DNA of 64,000 nt from Gekko japonicus (lineage: Eukaryota). The notes under the pieces are model-generated. The model was given only the letters and a program-made list of their open reading frames with translations. It was not told where the DNA came from and did not search any database. Made by a program: the position numbers and the translations under genes. Below, piece after piece: positions 1 through 11,830 of the stretch (positions are counted from its first letter, which is position 1; every line of letters begins with the position of its first letter). The stretch is from contig NW_015175470.1 of assembly GCF_001447785.1 (NCBI RefSeq), positions 64,545 to 128,544 on the forward strand, read 5' to 3'.

Positions 1-164
1 AGAAGAAACTTATAAATTGAACATTCTACATGCATATGTGGTATAATTGCATGAAAAACCACTTGTCTAGATGCTCCCCAATGCACATAAACAGAAAACA
101 GATGATATTGCGATGACTTTTTGGTAGCTTTTGCAATAATTACAGTGAGATTTTCTGTCTTCAG

Positions 165-365
165 TTTGCATTTATGTCAACAAGCAAGCTAATGTGGGGC
201 CATATCTTGAAAGAAAGAAAGTACAGCAACTTCCAGACCACTTTGGGCCTGAACGGCCTTCCATGGTGCTACAGCAGGCAGTTCAAGCATGCATTGACTG
301 TGCACACCAGCAAAAGACAGTCTTCTTGCTTGTCAAGCAAGGCTATGGAGGCGAAATGGTGTCAG
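165..365 (+). CDS. SCML4: Internal coding exon of Scm-like 4 (Polycomb group; SLED/DUF3588 region)
   Basis: Acceptor ttttctgtcttcag|, donor |gtaag, 201 nt, phase 1/1. Translates (V)CIYVNKQANVGPYLERKKVQQLPDHFGPERPSMVLQQAVQACIDCAHQQKTVFLLVKQGYGGEMVS, closely matching vertebrate SCML4 as I recall it. No downstream SCML4 exon was recognised. Confidence 0.88.
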
Positions 366-1151
366 GTAAGATAGTGGAAAAACATTTAGTGATTAAAATA
401 CAGTCTGCTCTTACAACTGTTAACACAGTCCTTCATATCTTAAGCTAACCTTTCAGCCAGTTGTCACTGATAAAAAAATCAGTCATGTGTGCTGCAGGAT
501 TGTAGAGGCCGCTCTTGGGATGTTGTAATATAATCCCTTCTGTATTTTTCTCTCCTTTGTAAACAAGTGAACGGATTATGTTCTTCAGATGTGAGCAACT
601 GACAGTTCCAACTGTCTTGCGGGCGGGGAGGGGGAGATTGAGGTGTGGAATGGAGTAAAGTCCAATCAGCTTCCATATGCAAATGACCTTGAAACGCTGG
701 CCCAATCTGAGAAGAGTGGCCTAGGCTGCAGTTGGTGGGAGAGAACTCAAGCTGGCGGCAGCCGCTGACTTGCCTCCCTCTCCACATGGACCAGGAACAC
801 TCCCACCTGAAGACGCAGGCACAAGCAGCTCGGCCACTGCTCTGTCCTGGGGTTTCCTGCGCAATTCCATCCCCTTACCTGGGTCCCCTTGTGTCTACTG
901 GCGACTCTTTGGGGAAGGGGGGAGGCGCTCAGTTTCCTCGCACTGTTTTCCCAAGCTGAAATGGCTGTCAGAAGTCCCTATTTGCCCCATTGTGAGACTT
1001 CACATGCTGTAACCTGCTTTTGAAAGGGGAGAAAAGATATAGTTAACTGTCAGAATAATTGAGCAATGAAACCAATTCTCTGGGGCATCAGTGGAGTCTC
1101 TTCCACTGACGTTTTCTTGTGAAAAAATGGTTAAATAAGTAGAAAGACTTG

Positions 1152-1519
1152 GGTCCCAGTCACACTGGCCAGAGAACGCAGGGGGGTGGCGTGGCTTTTT
1201 GCTCTGCCGCACTTGTGACCCGGCCGAACGCGATCAGACGCAACGGCAGGGAATCGGGGGTAGCATTTTGTCGGCGCATGTTTCCGGTGCACTTCATGCG
1301 GAGCTGGAGCGATCAGATGGAGGACGTCCATCTGTGGGCCGTCGCAAGCGGATAATACTGGTGTTTCTGCAGTAGCTTTGAACTACGGATCTTCAGCGGG
1401 ATGTGATGGCTTGCCAACGGGTGCACGACGCTTGCCAGATGTGCTGGTGTGATCACGCCCGTTAAATCCACCCAGCATCTGTGAGTATCCCGCGGGAACT
1501 TCTGTGTATGATCGGAGCC
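1152..1519. mobile_element. Non-autonomous PIF/Harbinger-like MITE
   Basis: Imperfect 14-bp TIRs (GGTCCCAGTCACAC / GTATGATCGGAGCC), 3-bp TTG flanks, CpG-rich with internal GATCA(C/G)AC motifs; related to copies at 55085, 62952 and 63695. Confidence 0.6.
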
Positions 1520-1536
1520 TTGTTTTGTTATACTGG

Positions 1537-1937
1537 CAGGGGTCATTTCCTGCAGGAGCACACAGGAGCAGAGCTCCAGCAGTAAAGAGCCCAGGGTGCA
1601 GGCACATGCAACAAGCCCCATCCCCTGCTCCCAGGAGCCCTCAGTCAGAGCAAGAAGTAGCCTGGTAAGATGCGGAGGTCCCCCCCAACCCCCGGTCCAT
1701 AACAGTCCAGTTGCACCTTTAAGTCCTAGTTTTATTCAAGGAAGAGCTCTTCCTCCTCTGTGAGGGCAGATCTGCACGTCCCCCCCCCCAATAGCCAGCA
1801 CTCCAAAACAGTTCAGTGGAGCCCGAGCAGTGGGTGTTGCCTTCTGACACACTTCCGGTGATGTCAGGGTGTGTGGCATATGCAAATAAGTTATGCTAAT
1901 GTGCTCCTGCACCTCTTTTTCTACTAAATGACCCCTG
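1537..1937. mobile_element. hAT-type MITE
   Basis: TIRs CAGGGGTCATTT / AAATGACCCCTG; perfect 8-bp TSD TATACTGG (1529-1536, 1938-1945). Confidence 0.85.
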
Positions 1938-3999
1938 TATACTGGGTTCTGCCCTAATGCAGGGTGGTTAACTTTGATGTCATTTCTGAGAGAATCCTTA
2001 ATTTATTGTGAGAGTGCTGTTGCAATACACATGACAGACTTATTCATAGGAACACCATCCCTTATGAGCATCCCAATGTTCTGTTAATTCAGAGGTGAGT
2101 CATCCTTGTGACTCAGAAGTCACAACTAATGTGCATCTGCAAAGAAACACCACAACAAGTGCACCTTTTAAGGTCATGCCAAAAGAAAAAAAGGAACCCA
2201 CCAAAATTTCCTCCTCTACAAAACTTTTGAAGTCCCACAAGCCCTGTCCCTCTTTGCATCCTGGGTAAATAAATATTAATGATGACTTACAATAAGTCCA
2301 TAACATATGTGGCCAGGGTACCTGGGTATGTGCCTACAAATACCCGCCAACCTCTATTGGTGCCACTCCCCTCCCTTAATCCCTCTGCTCTTCGCAAAGG
2401 CCTCTGGGGAGAGGCAGGTACATTTCTATAAAGTATGGAAAAGGTTAACAAACAATGAGAGGCAAGTCTATGTTCCTTGACTTATTCAAGTCTCAGCACT
2501 AGTTAACACACACACACCCCTTTTCCATGAAATCTTCTGAATGTCCCAGATGGCCCCAGAGGGAGAGCAAACATGGAGGTCTCCAGGAGGAGAGAGATAT
2601 ATTTCTCCCTTGTGCTTCATCAGAAAGAGCTGACCCAGGTTCTCCTGTGCTGGACTACTTGTGAAGAAGGTAAAGCAGAAGAATATTGCAGATGCTTCTT
2701 AATTTTTCTAAACTACAACAAAGGAAAGAAGCCACCCCACACACACACACCTGAAACCCTCTCTCTGGCTTGGAAAGAGATGGGTAATTTCTTCCTGAGT
2801 ATGGAGAAGGGAAGAAACGGACTGAGATCCCTCTGTTTCTCAGTGTGAATAATAGTCCTGTATTAATCATGATGCTAGCGAGGCAAAAGAACTTGCACCC
2901 AGCATATCACTTTAATGGGTCTATTTCCTGAGCAACATACTTAGGACTTAAAAGGCACATTACATGTGACACAAGCTGGGTCATGGGTGCCTGGCCCTCA
3001 GTCACACTTTCATGCAGAAACTAATATTTAAAAACTTCCCCCTCACTTTGCATGGCTCTAACCCATGTAAGGGGGGAGGGAAGGAGGGACTTCAGGCTTT
3101 CCCTCCCATGTCATTTTTTGTCAAAGGAAATGTCCCTGGGGTGGCTGTTTGTCCCTTCCACAGATTCCATGTGTTCTAGGATGGACATGTAGAAGAAGGG
3201 GCAAAGAGCCCCCTGCATCAATATCCACTTATGAAAAGGGCACAGAAGGAAAGCCTGAAACCCTCTCCCCCATTTAGAACCATGAGAGGTGATAGAGAGG
3301 TTTTTAAAGATTAGTCCCCACATGGAAGTGTGATTTAGAGTTGGGCACTCATGTCCTACGTAACATGTAATTTGGCCCTTAGTTAGCACACCAAAGAGCT
3401 GTAGCCCATGTGTTGTGTGCATGGATAAACTCTTTTGCCTCACCAGCTTCACATTCAAATCAGGCTTGCCTAAATGGTCCACACAGAGGGCTTTAGAGAT
3501 GGGCAGAGTCTTACTTCAGCTGCATGTTGGTTTAGGATTAAATAAGAATTAGCAAAATGAGATTTCTGCTTTCATAGAACTTCCAAACCAGAGTGAAGTT
3601 TGAAGTTTATGGAACAGAATGCATGCTGCTAACCTTTCTTCTCACAGGTAGTCTGGGGTCCTTTCTCTAGAAAGCAGAACCAATTAGATTGGTTGATGTT
3701 TATACAAAAGTTACACATCTGGTGCACCACAAAAAAGGGCTTTGGCTTTCATATGACTCATTAATTAATGACAAACAGGGCCTGTGCTGCATTCACAACT
3801 CACGGCTAAGGAGGACATGAAAGTCCATGGGTCATTAGCACTACTTTGAGCACGGTGAATCTATAAGCCTGGGCTGTTAATATGTGAATGCAGTCCAAAA
3901 TGGAATCATGGAGATGCAAGTTTGTTTCAATCCACCTTTTTTCTGTATAGATTCAGGGCTCTGTTTTAATTAGCCCAAGACAAAAAATCACCTGATTTG

Positions 4000-4197
4000 A
4001 ATAGCCCAGTCTAGCACAATCTCATCAGATCTCGTAAGCTGAGGGTGGCCCTGGTCAGTATGTGGATGGAAGACCTCCAAGGAATTCCAGGGTTGCTATG
4101 CAGAGGCAAGCAATGGCAAACCACCTCTGAATGTCTCTTGCCTTGAAAACCCTATGGGGTCTCCATAAGTTAGCTGCAACCTGATGGCCAAAAAAAG
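4000..4197 (+). mobile_element. 5S rRNA-derived SINE with RTE/BovB-like 3' tail
   Basis: Degenerate 5S head (atctcatcagatctcgtaagct...ggatggaagacc) followed by GCAATGGCAAACCACCTCTG...TTGCCTTGAAAACCC and an A-rich end; second copy at 50582. Confidence 0.7.
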
Positions 4198-4876
4198 AGG
4201 TGAAAATCAAAAGCTTCCATCTCCATCCAATGAATCCCCTTTGTGCTCTTTCCTCTCTGCTTCCTGCTAGAGGATCAAGTCTAGAAATACTCACTGCCAG
4301 TTGTAACCTCTCACTGACTTATGACTTCGGAGATAATCCCCATTGTTTCTTAATCATCCCAACTCCAGTTAGAGAGCCAAGCCCTCTATGAAGCAGGTTA
4401 AAAAAGGCCTTGCTTTGTCTATGCAAGAAGCACCTGCTGCCCTGCCAAGGTATGGAAACTGGTTTCTGGCATCTCTAGATTTCTGAGCCATCAGTGATCA
4501 AGGGAGGAGGAGGGAGAGACACATTTAGGCTGCATGAAAGTAAACCCCATGGAATGTCATGGGATTTAATTCCGAATAGAGGATTGTTAATTTCATAGTC
4601 AGCAGAGGCTGTGCACTTCAGTAGGCAAGGTAGGCAATAGCAAGCCACCTCTCTGAAACATCCAAGCCTCACTAAGGGTTGCCCAAAGTCAGTCATGACT
4701 TCCAGGCACACACACACACAAATACCAAACAAATTAACACTAACCAGGGACAGGAGAATAATATAGAAGTTTAGCGGCACCATAAAGGCTAACAAAGGAA
4801 CCCCAGCATAAGCTTTAATCAGTCAGACCTCACTTCCTCAGATACATATGACGTACACAGACATTTTACAGACACA

Positions 4877-5670
4877 TCTATATATCTAATAGCAAAGGCA
4901 TGCGGGTATCTAAGTCCCCAGGTGTGCACAAAAATCTAAAAAGTTGGGAAAATATAGGGGGGATATTTAAATCCCCCCAAAAGTAAAAGAGCATTTCCTG
5001 TGCATGCGCAGGGAACGCTCTTGGAATGCTGCAGTGGGCCGGCAGTTGGAAGCCGCTCAGGCCTCCCGCTGGAGCTGAGGCGGGGAGAGAGGAGGAGGAG
5101 ATCAGCCACTGGAGGGGGGAAGGAGACTAGCAGAGGGTGAAGAAGGGGAGGAGAGATTGGCGTGGCATGGCGGCTGGAAGCCTCTCAGGCCGCGCCCTCG
5201 ATGCCGGGGAGGGGGAGGGGGCAGGAGAAGGCTTGGCGGGCCAGTGGCTGTAAGCAGCCATAGGGGGAGGGAGAAAGTTTGGCAGGCTGAGCTCAGGTCT
5301 CAGGCCTCCCACCGCTGCTGATGCTGCTGCTGGGGGGGAAGGGGGAGAAAGTTCGGCAGGCCGAGTTCAGGCCTCTCACCGCCGGTGCTGGGGTGGGGAG
5401 GAGGGAGAAGGCTTGGAGAGAGGGCTTGGAGAGGCACGGGCCTCACTGTGGGTGCCGGGGACAGGGGGGGGCAGCAGAGAAGGCTCACCTGTGGCTGCTT
5501 CCTTCTCCTCCGGTGGAGCTTCTCCTCCCCCACCCCCACGAGAATCGCAGGTCCCCCTTCTTGTTTATAACCAAAAGTCACAGGGGAGGAGGAAGAGATG
5601 AAGTTGTAGCAAAGAGAGATTGTGATGGGATGTGGCTGTTATACCCAATGGGTTTGAGGTTCTGGCTTCT
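4877..5670 (+). mobile_element. Possible non-autonomous Helitron-like GC-rich element
   Basis: Starts TCTATATATCTAATAG, GC-rich low-complexity interior with internal repeats, degenerate hairpin-like 3' end; similar layout to the 20949 element. Confidence 0.3.
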
Positions 5671-6234
5671 CATGGGGTGCAGTTATAGAAAGATCCAATC
5701 AGAGTATGAATGGATCCATTCATAATTGCAGGAAACAGCCAAATAAACATGAAGTCTAATCAAGGAAGGTACATTGTAGCACCTGACAAGAAAAAGCCGT
5801 GAAAAAGCCCCCCACCTAGAATTTCCCTGCATACTATTAGGTGAAGTAGTCCCCAATCCCCCCCCCCCCAAATGCTGTTCCTTTGGGACAGGGAACCCAA
5901 GGGATAGTCTGAAGAAATCAGGTTCCTCAGGAGGGAGGAGCTGATGCAAAATCAGCCCTCCCCTGGTGCCCATGGAAATTCTCAGCAGGACCCAAGCCAC
6001 TATCCAGAGAGAAGGGTAGACTTTGCACAGAGAGTAGGAGGAAGAAAGCACAGGGCTCAGCAGCACATTCCAACCATGGCCAGGAGGTTGTGACTATCAT
6101 GGCTGCAATTTGGCCTAAGACGGAATGTGCTGCTTGAAGAACTTTTCAGCTGCTCTCCTATTGCTGGCATGCCAGCAAGAAAAACAAACACAAAGGCAGT
6201 GATAAAGACCCTTGTGTCAGGTTTCTAAATCCTG

Positions 6235-6306
6235 TGGCAGTCATACAGGAAGGAAGATATACAACTTCACTGGCGGTCATACAGGAAGGAAGATATACAA
6301 CTTCAC
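6235..6306. repeat. 36-bp tandem duplication (2 copies)
   Basis: TGGC(A/G)GTCATACAGGAAGGAAGATATACAACTTCAC at 6235-6270 and 6271-6306. Confidence 0.9.
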
Positions 6307-7647
6307 GTCAGCCTTCCGGGCATATTACAGAGCACATATGATTCTGATCTAAGTCTGACTCTCAGCTTCTGCTTTGTTTTGCTTCTTCTAACCCCTGGGT
6401 GAGTTGTCTGCCCGAGAGAGAAATGTGAGAAATGTTTGTTTTGAAATACCTTACCTCAGGCAGCACCAAGAACTGCCCTGTTGCAGAGACCTTACCAGGA
6501 ACAGCTGCCAACAGTAGCCCCTTGCAACATCTGGGAAATTACTGCTCGCACAGGAGCTGCTGGGCCACAACACACCATAGAAGCTTTCTTTTCTTTTTTT
6601 TTCTGTGCAGAAACAGAGCAGGCTGCCCGGAGACTTCACACTAGAGGGGGGGGGGGGTTTGGACTGAGCTCCATTTTTAACCAGTGCTGGACTAGCCCAG
6701 CCAGAGTACAGATCAAAGCTGCTCCTTGTTGGGATTGAGGGAGGGGGGCAGAGAAGAGGAGAAGAGTTACTGGTCATAAATATCCCAGAGAAGGGGAGGG
6801 GGTTGAAAAAGAGGTGTAGGAACTCTCAAGAGGGAAATGAAGTTTTCCGTCTGTCTACTGAAAAGTCATGAACTTTTAAATATTTTTAAAAGGATGTTTT
6901 GGAAGAGGTTCCGGAACTCTGTTCTGGCGCATTCCCCCAGGAAAAAAGCCCTGGCAAAAGCTATAAAACTGACCAATTGACTAGCACAGTGAGTTAATAC
7001 ACACAATTCAGAATCTTATATATAAAAAAAGCCTCAAGCTGTTGTGTTAGAAAACATATATAAAGATTCCAGACTTGCAGCTCGAGGAAGAGAAAGGGGG
7101 TATGCACAGGAAACATTTGGAAATGTTAGCACCTGAACAGTGACATGAAGTCAGACGCAATGAGAACGCTGGCCCGGATACACCTTTTGTTGCGCCAGCC
7201 CTATTGTGCATGTATGTAGCAACCACAGCTGTGTATGCACAGCACTGTGAGGCAATTGGTAGTCACAGTAATATGATGTCCCACAGGAAGGAAAGAACAA
7301 TGGGGATTCCCTGTCCTTTCTCTCATCCTCAACAGCTGGACAGTATTCTCTCCAACTCTCAGACTGGGGCCCTGTGCAGTCAGATCAAGTGCAGAACCAC
7401 ACACATGGCAAGCGATTGCACGCACACTGTTCCTATGCATGTGCAGCAGCTTGCCAGCTCACTAGACTGGAACACATCTAAGCACAATTCTGATTATGGA
7501 TTATAAACTTCAGTGCACCCTCATTTTTTTTTTACCAGCATCTGGATCACAACATTCATGCGAAGGTCCTTGCAAACCTACATTCAAGTCATGTTGCTTT
7601 TATTTATTTATCCACATGTAAATAAAGTACAAAAATACCTTCTACTA

Positions 7648-8335
7648 CAGGGGTCCCCAAATTTTTCAAGCTTGTGGGCACCTTTGGAATTCTGACATGA
7701 GGTCGTGGGTGCAACCACAAAATGGCCACTATGCAGGGGTCGTTTCGTAGAAAAAGAGCTAGGGGAAGTCATTAGCATAACTCATTAGCATATGCCACAC
7801 CCCCTGACATCAGGGGCCCGGCGGTGGACCTGCAAGGCCAGCGGGAGTGTGGGGAAGCCCCGCGAAGGCCCTCCCTGGCCCCAGGCAGGCAGGGATAGGG
7901 AGAGGCGGGGAGGAAGCAACTTACCCTCCCTCTTCTCCTGCCTCCTCCTGGCTGAATGAGGGCCGGAAGCGGGGCGGCCGGAAGCGTGGGGGCGGGGCTT
8001 CGTCATGTGCCCCGCCCCCCGTACCTCACCCGGGGGAACTGCGATCCCCCACAATCCCCCCCGAATCCACCTCTGCCACTATGGGAGGCTGAGCCACACA
8101 CATACACACAGAGAGAGCGAAAGCCCAAGTGCAGGGGACAAAAGGACTCTTTTTTTAAAAAAATACACTGGGAAAAAGGAGTGTGATAGAGAATAAAAAC
8201 AGCATTGCAGTGGCAGCTGCCACCCAAACAATGTTATTTTAATTGGTACGGTCCAACAGATTTCCAATGACCAATCAGAAGCCCTACTGGTCAGGAGCCG
8301 CACTAGGCCCCACCCACTTTCTTAAAACACTTAAA
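7648..8335. mobile_element. Nested hAT-type MITE fragments
   Basis: CAGGGGTCCCCAA terminus, interrupted at ~7734 by CAGGGGTCGTTTCGTAGAAAAAGAG (same family as 1537). Confidence 0.55.
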
Positions 8336-8770
8336 ACCCTTGGGCTGCGTTCACATGGGCAATTTGATCCGTTCCCCTTGCTGTTCCCTTATGGATTTAA
8401 AGTGCACAATCAGACAGCGACATCTGTCTGTTGTGCCCCAGTCCTCTGAGTTCCCCTCCCCCCTCCCCTTGCCCCGTGTTTTTTGGATACCTGATAAAGT
8501 CCGGTCCCATTGGTCTGAGCCCGCTTCAAAAATTGATTTTTCTGTCATCTGGTCACTCTGTTGCACAGCCAAGCAGTCACGCAGGTCTCACTGAGCTCTT
8601 GCTTTCTGGCTGCCATCCCCCCCCCCTTAGTTAGCGAGGATCACATGACTGTATATATGCACCTCTTCTTTCAGCAGCTGATAGAATGTATAATCATAAC
8701 CATCAAGTTACGTATCAGTAGCACACAGCCCATTAAGGGGAAAAGCCTTCATTCAGCTATTTGTAACTGG

Positions 8771-9200
8771 CAGGGCTATTTCTGGGCAGGAACGCACAGG
8801 AACGGAGTTCCGGCTGGCTTCAGAGTTAGCCATGCCCACTACAGCCAAAACCTCTGTGTGCATGGCTACAGAGTGAAGGCCTGGAGAGCGACCCCCCCCC
8901 CGGCGACTCTGAGGTGGGGAGGTCAGGGGGGGCCCTGGAAGGATCAGGGAGGCATTTAAACGCCTCCCATGCCTTCCCCAGCCTGTCCAAGGGCTGGCTT
9001 GCCCGCAGGACGCCCAGGCAAGCCAAGAGAAGGCATGGAGGGTGTGGCCTAATAGGCTAATGAGCTGCGCTGTTAGGGGTGTGACTTAATATGCCGATGA
9101 GTTTCTGCTGTTGGGTGTGGCCTATTATGCTAATGAGTTCCTGCTGGGCTTCTTCTACAAAAAAAGCCCCTGCTGGGCTTTTTCTGCAAAAAAAGCCCTG
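8771..9200. mobile_element. hAT-type MITE
   Basis: TIRs CAGGGCT / AGCCCTG; perfect 8-bp TSD GTAACTGG (8763-8770, 9201-9208). Confidence 0.85.
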
Positions 9201-9436
9201 GTAACTGGACATAAGTGTGCCATCCTGTCACACCTACTCAAACCGGGGCGGAAATTCACCATACAGCACAAACTGTCAGGAAACCTAGATGGATGTATTG
9301 ATGTGCTTGTATTGCAGCAGTCTCTTAATGGGCTGTGTGCTATTGGTATGTAACTTGATTGTTATTCTTATGATCATGCATTCTGTCAGCTACTGAAAGA
9401 TGGGGGGGGTATGTTTTAAATAGTAGTGGACCTCAG

Positions 9437-9621
9437 CAGTGTTCCCTCTAAGCTGAGTTAGTGTGAGCTAGCTCACAGATTTTTAGACTCCAGCTCAACA
9501 CATTTTTGTCTTAGCTCAGGAATGATGGCTCCAGAGCAAACTAATTTATGCATTAGCCAAATCGCTTGTTCACAAAGTAGAATTTTTGCTCACAAGACTC
9601 CACAGCTTAGAGGGAGCATTG
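9437..9621. mobile_element. hAT-type MITE
   Basis: TIRs CAGTGTTCCCTCTAAGCTG / CAGCTTAGAGGGAGCATTG; 8-bp TSD GACCTCAG (9429-9436, 9622-9629). Confidence 0.9.
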
Positions 9622-9935
9622 GACCTCAGCACAGATTACGGTGGGTTGCTGTACCATCTTAAGAATTTCACGTGACAAGGTGCAAGTGCAAAGACCCACA
9701 GGAGAGTGCTTTGTCTCCGTCACCGTCACATTGAATAATCAAGCTTTTGGCAAAAACAGTGAGATGACAGAGCTTTACTTAGCAAAACATACAGTGTGCA
9801 GTAAATGTTGTTTTACTTATTTATTGAATTTGTATAGTGTTTATTCCCCATAAAAGAAACAAATATATTTCTCTAGTATTCTGTTGCCAAAAAGAGATAT
9901 AAAGCTGTAAAACATAATACTGCCAAATAAAGCCA

Positions 9936-9951
9936 TGCTGCCACCTAGTGG
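9936..9951 (-). promoter_or_regulatory. Candidate CTCF binding motif
   Basis: Minus strand CCACTAGGTGGCAGCA fits the CTCF core consensus; lies in apparently unique sequence 2.8 kb upstream of the STEAP4 ATG. Confidence 0.5.
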
Positions 9952-10319
9952 TATACATTTTGTCTACATACCTAAATCTCCAGGAAGAGAAGTCTGCAGG
10001 GCTTCCTCCATTGGAGATTCACAGGACACCAGAACCATTAGAAAGTCTTTGGAACATTACAGAAATCTAACACTCAGCCTCCCTTCTCAGAGAGTGAATA
10101 CAAACACTGAGGAGAAATTTTTCAAGCCACCCTCAGATGGGATCCTTGGAGAGGTCTAGTTATATCTTTTGCCAGTTAACTTTAAAGAATGACTGACTGT
10201 TTCCAGTGAAGTCAAATGTATGTCACCTTTTTTTAAAAAAAGTCTACTGTTTAAAAGTGCAGAACTTCAGTAATTTCTGCACAAACAACTTTTGTATTGG
10301 CTTATTAACCAGACAGAGA

Positions 10320-10705
10320 GAGCAGAGAGAACTTTTTCTCCCTCTACCAGAATACTAGAACTCAAGGGTATCTAGTGAAGCTGATGGTAGTTTCAGGACA
10401 GCCAAAAGGAAATACCTCTGTACACAACAAGTGATTAAAATGTGGAATTTGCTGACAGATGTAGTGATGGCCACAGGTATGGACGGCTTTAAAAGGGGGA
10501 TTAGACAGACTCATGGAGGTCTATCAGTGGTTGCTTGTCATGGTGACTAAAGGGAAGTCAATCTCTAATAGCAGTGTCAGAAGGCAACATCAGGGAAAAC
10601 CTCAGCCTCTGTGCCCTTTCACAGAACCTAGTCAGCCAGTGTGTGAGGCAGGATGCTGGACTAGATGGACCACTGGTTTTATTCAGCAGAACTCTCATTA
10701 TGTTC
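10320..10705 (+). mobile_element. CR1 LINE 3' end fragment
   Basis: Degenerate ORF2 end (agaactcaagggtatctagtgaagctg...) and typical 3' UTR ggatgctggactagatggacc...ttatgttc. Confidence 0.7.
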
Positions 10706-11059
10706 GTTTTAAAAAATAATAATAATAATAATGAAGTAAGTGAGCAGGGCACGTAACTTAATCCTTTTACCACTTTTATTTGCAATTACTTGCTATCAAT
10801 ATCTGTATAGAGTTCTTTTGTTCCTCTTGGTTTTGTTCCAGTACATTTCCAGTTCATGTGGTAGTTGCGGGGGGGGGGGGATTAAAAAAAAGGAAACAGA
10901 CAGGGCACAGAAAAATGAGATGTTGTTACAGATAACCAAATGTGGGATTTTGTAGAGAACAAACATTTATGATTAGCATCCAGAAGGCAACCCTCTTGAG
11001 GCATGAGTTGGGCCTTGGGACAACCAGTACTCAAAAGGTTCTTGTACTTCACTCCATTG

Positions 11060-11830
11060 TATGGCCCTAACAGACGGCAGCCCAACAGGCTGCATAAAGA
11101 TGAAGGACCTACTTTGCATGCTTGGAAGGAGGGGGACTTGTTTGGGGCGATTCCCGCTCATACGGGTATTTGGTGATGGGTGGAGCTTGGTGCTTATTAG
11201 TGCATCACTCCCCCTCATCGGGGCAGTTCGTTTGCAATCGGTCCAACCACCCTCCCTAGACAATTTGGGCTTCGGCTGGTCACCAACTTGGGGCCGGGTA
11301 GGAATTTTTTGCCCCCCTTTCAGATTGGCTGGGAAAGGGGTTTTTTGCCTACCTCACACTGTCTTTGAGGCAGAGGGATTGGCTCTAGGCCATGCAGTTA
11401 AATAGGGTTTGCGGAAATCTGGCCTTTTTCTGTTATGAGGGGGAACACCAGTTGACAGACACACACACCCTTGTTTGGGGGGTTGGCACACCTAGCACAA
11501 ACCATTCCTGGGTATGGGCCTCGGATGGGGACTGTGGGTGGCTTGTTATACACCTCATGCTGGGTCTCCCCTCGTGCTCCATGGCTAGAGGTGGTCGGCT
11601 CATGGCGGGGTGTTAGCATGTCTGCTGTCTGGCAGAGGCCGTGTTGTGGTTGACTTGTGCCAGGGGCTCAGTGGTTCACCCCATTTAAGGTTGAAAAAGG
11701 GATCAGGGGATTTCTTGGCTGGACCTGTGTTGCAGCCCTTGCCAGTTATAGTTTATTCTTGTTGAATGAATAGTTAAAGAAAGCTGCCCTTAGTTTATAC
11801 CATTTATCTATGTCAGTCTCTTTCTTCTGA
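11060..11830 (+). mobile_element. Possible DIRS/LTR-like terminal repeat fragment
   Basis: G-rich, non-coding, ending in a taaagaaagctgcccttagttt...tgtcagtctcttt block resembling squamate DIRS termini; boundaries uncertain. Confidence 0.3.

Noticed and set aside
479-787. 102-aa minus-strand ORF as the last exon of a protein-coding gene
   Set aside because: No recognisable homology, and the putative upstream exon has a stop in the joining frame.
5705-5724. Perfect 20-bp palindrome TATGAATGGATCCATTCATA
   Set aside because: Isolated, with no TSD, partner or supporting context.
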